From Pirellula sp. (GTDB lineage: Bacteria > Planctomycetota > Planctomycetia > Pirellulales > Pirellulaceae), in assembly GCA_031427235.1 (NCBI GenBank), contig JANPNA010000231.1:19139-83138 (forward strand): DNA of 64,000 bases, written 5' to 3'. Under the pieces are notes generated by a model. The model saw only the letters and a program-made list of their open reading frames with translations, searched no databases and was not told the origin of the DNA. A program made the position numbers and the translations under genes. Positions 8,224 through 18,387 of this stretch are shown piece by piece; position 1 is the stretch's first letter; each line of letters begins with the position of its first letter.

Positions 8224-9486
8224 TTACCTAAATTGACGGTTGAACACGTCTGGATCAAATGGATCTTTCTTGACTGCCGAAGTGCCATTAGAACCGGTTT
8301 GGGTTTCGAATTTTTCGATGGCTGCTTCCAGATCGGCGAGTTCCGACATCGACAGAAATTCCGTGGGTTGGGCTGATTTGGCCGGCTTGGATAGTTTGGC
8401 GGTTCTGTCTTGTTCGACTTCGTCAATGCGTTTTGATTTCCGAATACTCTGGGTCGGAACGGGTACGTTTGCCACCGCTTGGGTGACGCTGGGTTTGTCC
8501 TTGGAATTCAACGGATAGTGGGTGGGCATTGTCGTTTCCGGCTTTTGTGAAAGCACCAGCGATTTGACCCAAAAACTGATCCGCTCGATCAAGGCTCGCT
8601 CGTCCGCTCGGCCTGGATTTAAACTTGGATTGCGTTGGATACCATGGGCTTTGGTCGCATAGGCCAACAAGGGGCTTTCAGGCATTCGCTCGCGATCAAC
8701 GTACCGAAGGACTTCATCGAGATCACGCGCCAAGGTGTTTGCAGACTGATCGCCTATAGGTTGGTAGATGTGAAAATCCGATTTACCTAACAATCCGTGA
8801 CACCCAGACTGGCCGCAACGCGAAACCAGGACCGGTAAGATCGAGTTTTGAAACGTTTTTCGAATGTAACCGGGAATTTCGTGCTTGTTCCAAGTCTCAC
8901 TGGATTCGTGGTTGGCCTCGAGTGGTACCGACCGGAGTTGGGGTGTTTCCGCACTGACTTTTGCTACGGGGCTGGTCTCCGTTTGCCGATTCGATTCGAA
9001 GGGGTTGGGAGGCGAGATTGGCGATTGCTTGCTAACCGCCTGCTTTATCGGCTCTTCTGCAAGCAATGCCTCACGAAGGGAATGCTCAAGTTGCTTGAAA
9101 CGCGGAGAATCGGAGGCTGAACCTTCGAGAACCTGGTAATGCTCGATTGCATGATCGATAAGGCCTTGGTGAATACACCAATGAGCAAGTTGCCAATGTT
9201 CGCCCGTCCCCCATTGTCGCACGCCTGAACGTTGATGCTGATAGAGGGAATCCAGGGTTGGACCGATAAACGCAACTTGCTTCGATTCAACATAAAGAGT
9301 GCTGTTTCCATCTGCTGCGATAGAAACGCGATCCTTCTCGGAGCGAATAACACCCTTCAGCACGTTTCCGTTTCGCAACAGCAAAAACCGAGGCTCGCTC
9401 GTCGTTGGTTGGTCGGCAAAGACGTTTGCTAGAATTAGGGATGAGCCAAGGACTAGGCAAACAATCACAAGTTTTTGAAAAATCAT
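8224..9486 (-). CDS. Secreted hypothetical protein (planctomycete-type, CGxxGCH motif)
   Basis: Signal peptide from MIFQKL; HWQLAHWC; 'ILPVLVSRCGQSGCHG'. Confidence 0.75.
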   Translation of the reverse strand: MIFQKLVIVCLVLGSSLILANVFADQPTTSEPRFLLLRNGNVLKGVIRSEKDRVSIAADGNSTLYVESKQVAFIGPTLDSLYQHQRSGVRQWGTGEHWQLAHWCIHQGLIDHAIEHYQVLEGSASDSPRFKQLEHSLREALLAEEPIKQAVSKQSPISPPNPFESNRQTETSPVAKVSAETPQLRSVPLEANHESSETWNKHEIPGYIRKTFQNSILPVLVSRCGQSGCHGLLGKSDFHIYQPIGDQSANTLARDLDEVLRYVDRERMPESPLLAYATKAHGIQRNPSLNPGRADERALIERISFWVKSLVLSQKPETTMPTHYPLNSKDKPSVTQAVANVPVPTQSIRKSKRIDEVEQDRTAKLSKPAKSAQPTEFLSMSELADLEAAIEKFETQTGSNGTSAVKKDPFDPDVFNRQFR

Positions 9487-9599
9487 GGCGGCTCGACGCG
9501 AAAAACGGAGTGAGCAAAAAGCGATGCTCGCTCTGATTCGAAAACCGCGTGCGAACAACCACGCGGGAGCGTATCAAATCGTCGTGCGCCAAAGCAATA

Positions 9600-10616
9600 C
9601 TAGGCGTACACGAATTTTTTGTCGTGGGTTTCGCGTTGCGCCAGCTCCAGATCGTGCTCTACCATGATCCGAGCAAGCTCTCGGACATCGGTTTGCGGCA
9701 CCCAACCAAGTTTTTCTTTGGCTTTGCTAGCATCCCCGAGCAAAAGATCCACTTCTGCAGGTCGGAGATAGCGTGGATCGATTTCAACATACTTATTCCA
9801 ATCAAGATCCAATCGTCCGAAAACCATGTCCAGGAACTCTCGAATCGTGCGAGTTTCACCGGTTGCGATGACAAAATCATCCGGTTCATTGTGCTGCAAC
9901 ATTCGCCACATGGCGTCAACATAGTCTTTCGCGTATCCCCAATCTCGCTTGGAATCCAGGTTCCCAAGGTACAGCTTGTCCTGTAGACCGAGCTTGATCC
10001 GGGTTGCGGCGCGAGTGATTTTGCGTGTCACGAAGGTCTCACCTCGGCGCGGCGATTCGTGATTGAACAAAATGCCATTGCAAGCAAACATCCCGTAACT
10101 GCGCCGATAGTTTACGGTTTGAAAGTACGCGTAGACCTTAGCGCAAGCGTAGGGTGATTGTGGATTGAACGGCGTTTTCTCGGTTTGAGGCGTTTCCAAT
10201 ACCATTCCATACATTTCTGAGCTACTGGCTTGATAGACTCGGACTTCCTTTCGCTTGTTTAGCAGTCGCGCGGCTTCCAAAACGTTGAGGGATCCAACGC
10301 CGTCGCTCATCAATGTGTAAACCGGCTGATCAAACGAAACTCGAACGTGGCTTTGGGCACCCAAATTATAAATCTCGTCCGGTTCGACCTCCTGTACCAG
10401 GTTTGTCAGAGACTGACCGTCGGTCAAATCTCCGTAGTGCAGCAAGAGTTTGGGCTTCTCGTGGATGTCACGATACAGGTGGTCGATTCGACCGGTAGAA
10501 AAACTGCTCGATCGGCGTACGAGTCCGTGCACCGTGTAACCTTTATCAAGTAGCAACTCGGCGAGATAGGACCCGTCCTGCCCAGTGATTCCAGTGATAA
10601 GAGCTGATCGTGACAT
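9600..10616 (-). CDS. gmd: GDP-mannose 4,6-dehydratase
   Basis: [48 protein letters not shown]. Confidence 0.98.
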   Translation of the reverse strand: MSRSALITGITGQDGSYLAELLLDKGYTVHGLVRRSSSFSTGRIDHLYRDIHEKPKLLLHYGDLTDGQSLTNLVQEVEPDEIYNLGAQSHVRVSFDQPVYTLMSDGVGSLNVLEAARLLNKRKEVRVYQASSSEMYGMVLETPQTEKTPFNPQSPYACAKVYAYFQTVNYRRSYGMFACNGILFNHESPRRGETFVTRKITRAATRIKLGLQDKLYLGNLDSKRDWGYAKDYVDAMWRMLQHNEPDDFVIATGETRTIREFLDMVFGRLDLDWNKYVEIDPRYLRPAEVDLLLGDASKAKEKLGWVPQTDVRELARIMVEHDLELAQRETHDKKFVYA

Positions 10617-10768
10617 TGGGAAATTGACTTTTGGGTGAGGGTGAGTTGGGTCGCTTGAAGCAGCAAGCAGTTTAACGAAACAAACTCAGTCTGACATAGA
10701 CCAATCCAAGCTCATTTATAATGACTCACTCTCAGTCTCGTCAAACAATCGCAGACTTCAACGAAAAA

Positions 10769-10829
10769 GTCGCCTTTCGATCTGCGAAAGTGCGTTGCGA
10801 AAAAGCACTTTTGCGAGGCCGAAGGCGAC
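10769..10829. repeat. Degenerate REP pair (GTCGCCTTTCG..CGAAAG / CTTTTGCG..CGAAGGCGAC)
   Basis: Inverted pair with the same architecture as the RAYT-associated REPs at 40.3-41.2 kb. Confidence 0.6.
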
Positions 10830-10883
10830 GAAGCCAGAGCGTTAGCCTGGGTTGGATAGTACTGCAGAACCGATCGCGATGAA

Positions 10884-12164
10884 TTACTTCATCGCAACTT
10901 TGTTGGCGGAATCCGTCGATTCGAAGTTGAAGGTGAGTTCAAGCTTATCGCCAGCCATCAATCGAATGGTCTTTTCCTTGGTAACACCGTCATGTGTGAC
11001 TTCGATTTTATAGTCATCCCAGGATTCGCCTTCGCCGAGTTGTTTGGTTCGAAAAATTCGCGAAGAACCTTCGCTTTTCGTCGAATTCTTCGCCAAAACC
11101 ACCTTGGCTTTTTCGGGAACATTGAGGGTCAAGATGGTCTCAATCGGATCGTCCGATTTGAGCAGTTCAAAGTTCAGTTCTTCACCGTTTCCGCTTTCGA
11201 CGACAACTGTCCTGGTTTGAACCAAATCGGTACCATCCGGCTTGGTCATGACTGCCTTGACTTCGAAACGATAAGCATCCTTTGGTTTAAGGTCACGACT
11301 GACGAAGTGCCGTTTCGATCCAGTTGTGGTTGTCGGATTGCCATTCACGTAAACCTTGGCAGATTCGGGCAAATTGACCGTCAAATGCACTTCGTTTGGC
11401 TGGATGGATTGGCTCGATGCCAGCTTGTTGGCTGTGTATGGGCCTGAGGTCTGTGTGCTTGAAGATTGTCCTAATTGGATGGAGCTTTTTTCTGGCATTC
11501 CCATGGAACCGGAGCTATATCCATGGTCGATCATTGGCATCTCGGGAGAGTAGCTCTCGTAGTTGCCATAATGCACGCTCGAACCAGCGCTGCCACCATA
11601 CGATCCAGTGCTGCCACCGCCGTAGGCTGGAGCATAACTGCCAGTCGAACCGCCCCCAGAATAAGTGCTACCGTAGTAAGCACCACCGGAAGACCCGCCA
11701 CCGGAAGACCCGCCACCGGAAGAACCGCCACCGGAAGAGCCAGCATGGCGAGTCATGTAGCCGCCATGCGATCCACCAGAACTGCCGTAGTTTGCCGTGT
11801 AGGCTCCGCCGGAAGACCCGCCGGACGAACCGTAGGCTGCCCGATGAGCGATTTTTGCGTGAACATGATCGTGAATCCGAGCACCCAGTCGTCGCAGAGG
11901 CCCAACATGGCCACCCGAAGAACCCCCACCCGAAGAACCCCCACCCGAGGAGCCCGCACCCGAGGAGCCCCCACCCGCAGAACCACTACCCGAGGAACCA
12001 CTACCCGAGGAACCACCGTAGTATCCACCACTCGAACCATATCCAGCGCCGTAACCGCTGCTACCGCCGCCAGAACCGTAGCCAGCTTCGACAGGGTTGG
12101 AAACTGCAAAAACCAACGCAACTAGCGTTGGAGCCGAAAGCCATTTCTTCAGTGTATTTCTCAT
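10884..12164 (-). CDS. TIGR03000 domain protein (two domains) with a Gly/Ser-rich N-terminus
   Basis: Signal peptide, GSSGG repeats, 'LTVNLPESAKVYVNGNPTTTTGSKRHFVS' and a second copy 'LTLNVPEKAKV...RIFRT'. Confidence 0.9.
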   Translation of the reverse strand: MRNTLKKWLSAPTLVALVFAVSNPVEAGYGSGGGSSGYGAGYGSSGGYYGGSSGSGSSGSGSAGGGSSGAGSSGGGSSGGGSSGGHVGPLRRLGARIHDHVHAKIAHRAAYGSSGGSSGGAYTANYGSSGGSHGGYMTRHAGSSGGGSSGGGSSGGGSSGGAYYGSTYSGGGSTGSYAPAYGGGSTGSYGGSAGSSVHYGNYESYSPEMPMIDHGYSSGSMGMPEKSSIQLGQSSSTQTSGPYTANKLASSQSIQPNEVHLTVNLPESAKVYVNGNPTTTTGSKRHFVSRDLKPKDAYRFEVKAVMTKPDGTDLVQTRTVVVESGNGEELNFELLKSDDPIETILTLNVPEKAKVVLAKNSTKSEGSSRIFRTKQLGEGESWDDYKIEVTHDGVTKEKTIRLMAGDKLELTFNFESTDSANKVAMK

Positions 12165-12288
12165 GACGCTCCTCCAAGTCCAAACATAGGACTGCACTAC
12201 CTCGCAATCCAATTAATAACCGATTGAGAATACATGGAATATCGAATAATTCAAGCAGTCTAGGCAAGATTTAGGGAATAGGCAGCTT

Positions 12289-12381
12289 GGGTTGGCGTGG
12301 TGGATCTTGTTAAAGATCCGAATCCTGCCGGATCTTCAACAAGATCCACTACCCTAAAATCAAGCTGGCACAGAGCACAAG
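12289..12381. repeat. Family A element, opposite orientation
   Basis: Reverse-orientation match to 7458-7578. Confidence 0.9.
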
Positions 12382-12391
12382 CCGCACAAGA

Positions 12392-12685
12392 CTAGCTGCT
12401 TCCAGTGATCCTATTCCAGGCCCAATAACAAATAGCCAAACAAATTGCGATCAAGATTGATGTGTACAGAATGTTGACGACCGACCAGAAGTACTTCTCC
12501 AATCTTGAAAAAGAAGGGCTCATCCACAGGATTGGCAGTCCTAAAAAACCAGTGACCGCGAAAAGCAATACAAAGATTAATAGTCTAGAACTCAAAATCT
12601 GTTCCAACGGGCCCGGTTTCTGGCCTCCCTTTTTTTCCGCTGAATCTTTGGGTGTCAACATGTCCTGGCGTACTTGCAGTTGCAA
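12392..12685 (-). CDS. Small two-TM membrane protein
   Basis: Two hydrophobic helices; GLPILWMSPSFS; directly follows the MBL gene. Start uncertain. Confidence 0.7.
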   Translation of the reverse strand: MQLQVRQDMLTPKDSAEKKGGQKPGPLEQILSSRLLIFVLLFAVTGFLGLPILWMSPSFSRLEKYFWSVVNILYTSILIAICLAICYWAWNRITGSS

Positions 12686-12688
12686 AAT

Positions 12689-13471
12689 CTAATTTGGCAG
12701 ACGACCTTCGGCAATCTCCTGCTCCCACTGTTTCATCAATGGCCAATCGATAGCGCAAGTTCCAAAATCGGACAAATGCAGATACGTATTGAGCCGCTCC
12801 AATACCTTATCAATCATAGCCGGATCCTTTCTGAAATAGGGGCCATGGCTCGGTAAAAGCCATTCGATATCCGAATCGCGTATCCGTTCGAGAGAACGGA
12901 TAAAGGATGGAATATCGCTGCCATGATGGGCGTCGATTGCCCCGACTCCGCCGTCCCTGTAGATATTGTCTCCACTGAGCAGCAGGTTGTTCAACCGAAA
13001 TGCCAATTGGCTATCCGCATGCCCTGGCGTCGACCATACCTCAAGCTTGAGTTTTCCAACTCGGATGATGTCGCCATCCTTTACATGTTTTTCGACCGTA
13101 ACCGGGGGCATCGCCTCGCTGATACCCTGGGCGTGAATTTCCGCAAACGTCTGCAATCGATCGCCCGCTTCCAGCAAGGCCGCCGCATTCGGGTGGGCGG
13201 TGACCGTTGTTTTCAATAGCTGCTTTGCCTTGGCAAAACCTTGGCTATGGTCCACGTCGGCGTGTGTCGCTATGAGTGACTTGCATTTGGAAAGAGGAAA
13301 ATCGAGCTCGCGAATGAGATCGATCACCTCTTCTACCGAATCTTCGTAACCGATATCGATCAACACCCATTCATCGGAATCGTGGATGAGATAGACGTTA
13401 CACCCAATCAAGTGACCGGCCTGAACGTTGAGTTCGATTACACTCGGAAAAATAGGTTTGCGTTGGAGCAT
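12689..13471 (-). CDS. MBL-fold metallo-hydrolase
   Basis: THADVDH, TPGH, SGD, LLPSHG. Confidence 0.93.
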   Translation of the reverse strand: MLQRKPIFPSVIELNVQAGHLIGCNVYLIHDSDEWVLIDIGYEDSVEEVIDLIRELDFPLSKCKSLIATHADVDHSQGFAKAKQLLKTTVTAHPNAAALLEAGDRLQTFAEIHAQGISEAMPPVTVEKHVKDGDIIRVGKLKLEVWSTPGHADSQLAFRLNNLLLSGDNIYRDGGVGAIDAHHGSDIPSFIRSLERIRDSDIEWLLPSHGPYFRKDPAMIDKVLERLNTYLHLSDFGTCAIDWPLMKQWEQEIAEGRLPN

Positions 13472-13676
13472 CTAGATACTTGCGGACGATGAGGAGAAAA
13501 AAGGCTGACCGAGATTTTAGGCTGCAATAACCATCAAGGGCAACGGTCCCTGGACGATCATTCGGGGAATTGTCGCAATGTCTTTTCGATTTGCGAGTTC
13601 GTAGGCGAGCAGATCATAGCCTAACGTAGCTGAATTCGTGCCGTAGCTGAATTCGCAAGAATTCAGTGCATAATAG

Positions 13677-14606
13677 CTACGACCGCTGCTCAAAAAGCGA
13701 TTTCAGCCCTTCTCGATAACTGGGGTATTTCCAACGAACGGCCAACTCGGCCTGAATTCGGTTGTTTCGAATTTTTTTGTTGCCATCGCTTCGCGAGATT
13801 ACACGCCCAGCATCGTGTGGTTTAGGTGATTCAAAAATGGGTTTGGGCCAATTCCCAAGCGTTGAGATGTACTCGTAATACTCCCGCCGGCAAACCGGGG
13901 TCCCGTCGCTTACGCAGTACAACGACGATTGCATGTTGGTCGATGATACCGCACGGATCGTCTCTGCAAGATCATCGACATGGATCAGGTTCAAGTAACT
14001 CTCCGGATCGACTTGCAATGGAGTCTCGTCGCGAATCGCTTCCCAACGTGGAACTCGGTCTGGACCATAAATCCCCGCAGGTCTTAAGGTCACTCGCTTG
14101 CTCTCCGAAACATTCGAAGCGATCCATTGCTCGCCCGCCCAAGCCGCGATGGAACCTGGTCTCTCGGGCGAAACAGGTGAGTTTTCGTCCACCCAACCTG
14201 CCTGCGGCGATGGTCCGAAGACTCCCGTCGTCGATAAATAAATCCACTTCGTTTGCGTCCTTTTCATCTCCCACCGAGGGGTACTTTCCAAAAGACTCGC
14301 AAGATGATTGAGCCCCCGCGCGTGTGTCTCGATGGGCGGTAAACCCAACTGCGGGGAGTGCGAAACCGAGATCAAAATGGTCGCCAAGGCTGGCGTTTCT
14401 TGCTCGAAAACGGTCGGCCAAGTGTTCGCTGCCGGAAACTCACCGGAGAGCCAATCCCAAACCAAGGGCTCGATTCCAAATTGGCGCAATGCGTTAACCC
14501 GAGTGGTGGAACGAGTGATCGCAAATACGCAATCCCCTTGTCTGAGCCAACGGCTTGCAACCCGCATTCCAACGTACCCGCAGCCGACGATCAATCTAGA
14601 AGCCAT
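13677..14606 (-). CDS. NAD-dependent epimerase/dehydratase (atypical SDR)
   Basis: IVGCGYVG, YLSTTGVFG, GIYGPDR, NLIHVDDLA, YPSYREGL. Confidence 0.92.
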   Translation of the reverse strand: MASRLIVGCGYVGMRVASRWLRQGDCVFAITRSTTRVNALRQFGIEPLVWDWLSGEFPAANTWPTVFEQETPALATILISVSHSPQLGLPPIETHARGLNHLASLLESTPRWEMKRTQTKWIYLSTTGVFGPSPQAGWVDENSPVSPERPGSIAAWAGEQWIASNVSESKRVTLRPAGIYGPDRVPRWEAIRDETPLQVDPESYLNLIHVDDLAETIRAVSSTNMQSSLYCVSDGTPVCRREYYEYISTLGNWPKPIFESPKPHDAGRVISRSDGNKKIRNNRIQAELAVRWKYPSYREGLKSLFEQRS

Positions 14607-14716
14607 GTCCTACGTCCCCGGATAAATCGGCACGATCGCTACAAAATCGCAGCATTTCAGGTGCCCCTCGGATGCTTTCTTGAGTTTCTTGAGTCAAACG
14701 GGTTTCATTTTGGAGT

Positions 14717-15988
14717 TTGTTAGCGAATAATCGAATCCGCATGACCAATGTGTGGATTTTTCGTAGATTGCTGCAACAACAGCTTATGGTGATGGAGTCT
14801 ATCGTGCCCAGCAAATGCTGCAACTTCGACAAATTATTGTTAAAGCATCTCGCTGGGCCGTGGCTCGGTCGGCCGCTATGTTTGGCTCTGATGATGGGTT
14901 GTTTCGCTGCCGTTTCGGTCGCACAGGAGACTGTTCAGCCCCCTAAAGCAAATCCAAACCTTCGGCAAGGAATCGATCGTACTTCGTTGCGGCCATCGAT
15001 ACCCGAATCCAAAATCATCGGTTCAACCAAGACGATTGGGATCACCTCGGTAGATCTTGAGCCGGGACTCGGACGGATACTTAAGGGCAGTGAGCCTCGC
15101 AATCAAGCCGATTTGATTTCCCTTGAAAAACAGCAGATCAAGGTAGCGGAAAAAGTCAACTTGGTCACGGTCAACCTGCAACATGGAACCACGCAGGGTA
15201 GCGGTGTCATCATCACCGGCGAAGGCTATATTCTTACTGCGGCGCACGTGGCTGGCCGCCCCAATCAAACGATTCGTATCACGCTGCATGATGGAACTCG
15301 CGTCGATGGCGTCACCATGGGCGTGAACCGAAATATGGATGCGGGTTTGGTACGTATCACAAAAGCCAGAGACACGGCAGTCGACCCTTGGCCGCATGCA
15401 TCCCTGGGAGCTTCTTCTAATTTGCAAGAGGGACAATGGGTCATTGCGACCGGTCATCCAGGTGGTTGGTTGCCGGATCGGCCAGCAGTGGTCCGAATCG
15501 GTCGGCTCCTTCGAAAATTACCGTCCACACTCGTAACGGATTGTTCGTTGATCGGTGGCGATAGTGGTGGCCCTCTTTTCGATCTAGAAGGCAAACTGAT
15601 AGGGATTCATAGTCGGATCGGCGTCGAGGTGGACGACAACATGCACGTTCCTGTCGACGTTTTTGACGAAAGTTGGACGCGTTTGGTGCGAAATGAAGCT
15701 TGGGGTAGTTTGCCTGGCTTCAAGCCTGCCATCGGTGTGCGAGGCGCATCGGACGAAGAGAGTGAAAAAAGCTGCAAAATCTCCCGCGTCGAACCCAAAG
15801 GCCCCGCAGACAAAGCTGGAATTCGTGCGGGTGACGTCGTCTTGAAATTCGATGGCCAACCGGTTCAAAATTTCGACGAACTGAAATCTGCCGTCGAATC
15901 CGTGACGCCTGGAGAGCAAGTCACGGTCGAGCTAGAGAGGGACGGCAAGCGTTTGTCCCTGCGATTAATCGTTGGTGTCAAGGAATAA
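14717..15988 (+). CDS. S1C (HtrA-like) serine protease with PDZ domain
   Basis: GSGVII, LTAAHV, DAGL, GDSGGPL and a C-terminal PDZ. The true start is probably later (~14788-14893). Confidence 0.92.
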   Translation: MLANNRIRMTNVWIFRRLLQQQLMVMESIVPSKCCNFDKLLLKHLAGPWLGRPLCLALMMGCFAAVSVAQETVQPPKANPNLRQGIDRTSLRPSIPESKIIGSTKTIGITSVDLEPGLGRILKGSEPRNQADLISLEKQQIKVAEKVNLVTVNLQHGTTQGSGVIITGEGYILTAAHVAGRPNQTIRITLHDGTRVDGVTMGVNRNMDAGLVRITKARDTAVDPWPHASLGASSNLQEGQWVIATGHPGGWLPDRPAVVRIGRLLRKLPSTLVTDCSLIGGDSGGPLFDLEGKLIGIHSRIGVEVDDNMHVPVDVFDESWTRLVRNEAWGSLPGFKPAIGVRGASDEESEKSCKISRVEPKGPADKAGIRAGDVVLKFDGQPVQNFDELKSAVESVTPGEQVTVELERDGKRLSLRLIVGVKE

Positions 15989-16067
15989 TTCGTTCCATTG
16001 TCGGGTTCTCCATTGTTATAATGACCTGTGGAATTTCTCGTATCGAAGCAACGTAAGGCAAGCCCCG

Positions 16068-17423
16068 ATGAAGAATAGGTTTTCTTGGATTGTTCGCGGA
16101 ACCGTAGCTGCAAGCATTGTCGCCTATGCCACACTGGGTGATCCGCTACTCGATGCATGGATCGCTGTAACCTCGGTCGAGCAGTCCACTCAAGCCGACA
16201 TGCAAGCTTGGGTGGATGCTTATCCTAAGGACGAGCATAACCGCGGACGTGCGAATGCCGGTCCCAGTTGGAAGTCCCGCTTGGTTCAACAGCCCCGCTT
16301 GGTTCAACAGCCAGGTACGGGCCGATTCGGACGAGAAACCCAAAACGAAAGCAGTCGAGCCAACCAACGCAATCAGTCATCCACATTGCGAGCGTTTCGT
16401 GAATCGGTCGGTGACAAATGGAAGTCCACCGTACAGATTCTGGACAAGAATCGCCAGATCGCATTGGGTGCAATCGTTTCCGAAGATGGATGGATCATTA
16501 CTAAGTCAAGTGAGATCCCCGAACGAACGATCGAAGTTCGTCTTCACGATAATTCAAAAGCCGAGGGGACCGTCAAACTGCGAAGGAACGACCTGGACTT
16601 GGCATTGATTAAAATTGAGCGAAGCAACCTACAAAGTATTCAATGGAACACGTCGGCTGCCGTGCGTGTCGGAGGCTGGATGGCCACGACGGATATTCGC
16701 AGTCAGCCAGTTGCGATCGGCGTTTTGAGTGTGACCAGTCGTAATGTTCGACGCGAACGAGCGGTTCTGGGAGTTGAGTTAGGCTTTTCGATCAATGGCG
16801 AAAACGGCGCTCTGGTCCAGAAGGTGGTTGATGGAAGTGGCGCAGATCGGGCTGGAGTACAAGCCGGGGACCTGATAACCGCCATAGATGGAGAGGTACT
16901 GACATCGCAACCCGAGGTATTGGCACGACTAAAAAGTTTGGTAGCAGGACAGCGAGTCGACGTTGGGATCCTTCGCGACGGAAAGAAGGTTTTGATTACC
17001 GCTCAGATGATGGACCTGAACAACTCGTTGCTCGATCCGACCGAAATGGAGGTCAATGGCGATATCAGTTCGCGCTCGACGGGCTTTCAGAACATCATGC
17101 AGCACGATACGGTGATTGCTCCGCACCAATGTGGTGGTCCCGTGGTCGATGTCTATGGGAATGCGATCGGCCTCAATATCGCTCGGGCTGGGCGTGTTTC
17201 TTCCTACGCCATCCCTGCTAGCGTGGCGAGCCCTGTCATCAATGAAATGTTGGCGTCGGCGACCGGCAAGAAATCGTCCGTCGACGAAAGCGTAGTTCAA
17301 GCATCCGCGAAATCGCCAACCTCCAGGAAGCCGATTGAGTTGCCAGCCTCCGTACCGAACGGTATCGTGGTGGAGGTTTTAAAGCCGGAAGTAGTTCTTC
17401 CTAGCAGTATTAGTCGACCCTAG
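16068..17423 (+). CDS. Trypsin-like/PDZ protein with degenerate catalytic triad
   Basis: WIITKSSE replaces TxxH, DLAL is retained, the PDZ is inserted, then QHDT...QCGGPVV. Start taken at MKNRF. Confidence 0.85.
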   Translation: MKNRFSWIVRGTVAASIVAYATLGDPLLDAWIAVTSVEQSTQADMQAWVDAYPKDEHNRGRANAGPSWKSRLVQQPRLVQQPGTGRFGRETQNESSRANQRNQSSTLRAFRESVGDKWKSTVQILDKNRQIALGAIVSEDGWIITKSSEIPERTIEVRLHDNSKAEGTVKLRRNDLDLALIKIERSNLQSIQWNTSAAVRVGGWMATTDIRSQPVAIGVLSVTSRNVRRERAVLGVELGFSINGENGALVQKVVDGSGADRAGVQAGDLITAIDGEVLTSQPEVLARLKSLVAGQRVDVGILRDGKKVLITAQMMDLNNSLLDPTEMEVNGDISSRSTGFQNIMQHDTVIAPHQCGGPVVDVYGNAIGLNIARAGRVSSYAIPASVASPVINEMLASATGKKSSVDESVVQASAKSPTSRKPIELPASVPNGIVVEVLKPEVVLPSSISRP

Positions 17424-17467
17424 CTACGGCTCATCAAAACACAGTCCAATCCTTAAGGAACTTTGCG

Positions 17468-18364
17468 ATGCGTATCGATTTCGGTCGTGTGTTGGTAATG
17501 AGTTTGATGTTGCTCATGGTTTGCATCGGTTTGCCATCGTATGCAGTCGAACCCTATGGCCCCGCAGATGCGCAGATCACCATCGTTGCAATGGATCCGA
17601 TGGCCGCCCCACTTGCTTGCGATTGCGTGAAGGGTTACGCGCAGCGCAAGTATGAGAGACTCGCCGATTTTCTCAAAGAAAAGACCGGCATGACGGTTCG
17701 AGTCGTCTGGAGTGAATCGCTTGTGACCGCACTTGCCTCGCAGGCCAAAACAGCACAAATAGTGATCGGCAAGGACTCGGTTGTACGCAGTGACGCAAAG
17801 CAGGCCAAACGAAGTTTACTTCCGGTCGCCCAACTTACAGACATGAACGGTAGCACCAAGCAAAAGGGGCTCTTTGTCGTTTTGCAAGAAAATCCAGCCG
17901 CGTCGCTATTGGACTTGGAGAACTACCAAATTCTCTTTGGTCCCTCGGACTGTGACGAAAAAGATGCTGCACCGAAGAGGAAATTGGCTGAGCTGGAAAT
18001 TGAATTCAAGCTTGGAGAAGTCTGCGCATCGTGTTCCATCGGGGCCAAGAAGTTAACGGAACTCGATGCCAAGGGCAAGTTTGCCACAGTGATCAGCTCG
18101 TATGCCGGTCCACTGCTCGAAGGATGCGGCACCATTAAGAAGGGTGATCTCAAGGTGATTGGAGAAAGCGATTCGGTACCCTTTGTCTCCGCCTTTGTGG
18201 ATAGCTCCCTTTCGCCTGAAGTTCGGCGATCCATCACGTCCGCCTTGCTGTCGATGAACGAGTCGCCGGACATGCTAAAAGCCATGGAGACCAAGCTTGG
18301 TTTTTTGCCTTATGAAGTTGCTGAGTCGGCGCAGGAAAAAAAAAGTGGACAAGCAGTTCGCTAA
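17468..18364 (+). CDS. PhnD/SsuA/transferrin-family substrate-binding protein, Cys-rich
   Basis: Signal peptide; YERLADFL..TG; LLPVAQL; GLFVV; LKVIGESDSVP; motifs ACDCV, CASC, EGCG. Confidence 0.85.
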   Translation: MRIDFGRVLVMSLMLLMVCIGLPSYAVEPYGPADAQITIVAMDPMAAPLACDCVKGYAQRKYERLADFLKEKTGMTVRVVWSESLVTALASQAKTAQIVIGKDSVVRSDAKQAKRSLLPVAQLTDMNGSTKQKGLFVVLQENPAASLLDLENYQILFGPSDCDEKDAAPKRKLAELEIEFKLGEVCASCSIGAKKLTELDAKGKFATVISSYAGPLLEGCGTIKKGDLKVIGESDSVPFVSAFVDSSLSPEVRRSITSALLSMNESPDMLKAMETKLGFLPYEVAESAQEKKSGQAVR

Positions 18365-18387
18365 CTGAGAAGAAAGAATCCGTCCAG

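Noticed and set aside
11396-12166. Long plus-strand ORFs with repeated peptides
   Set aside because: Antisense shadows of the Gly/Ser repeat region.
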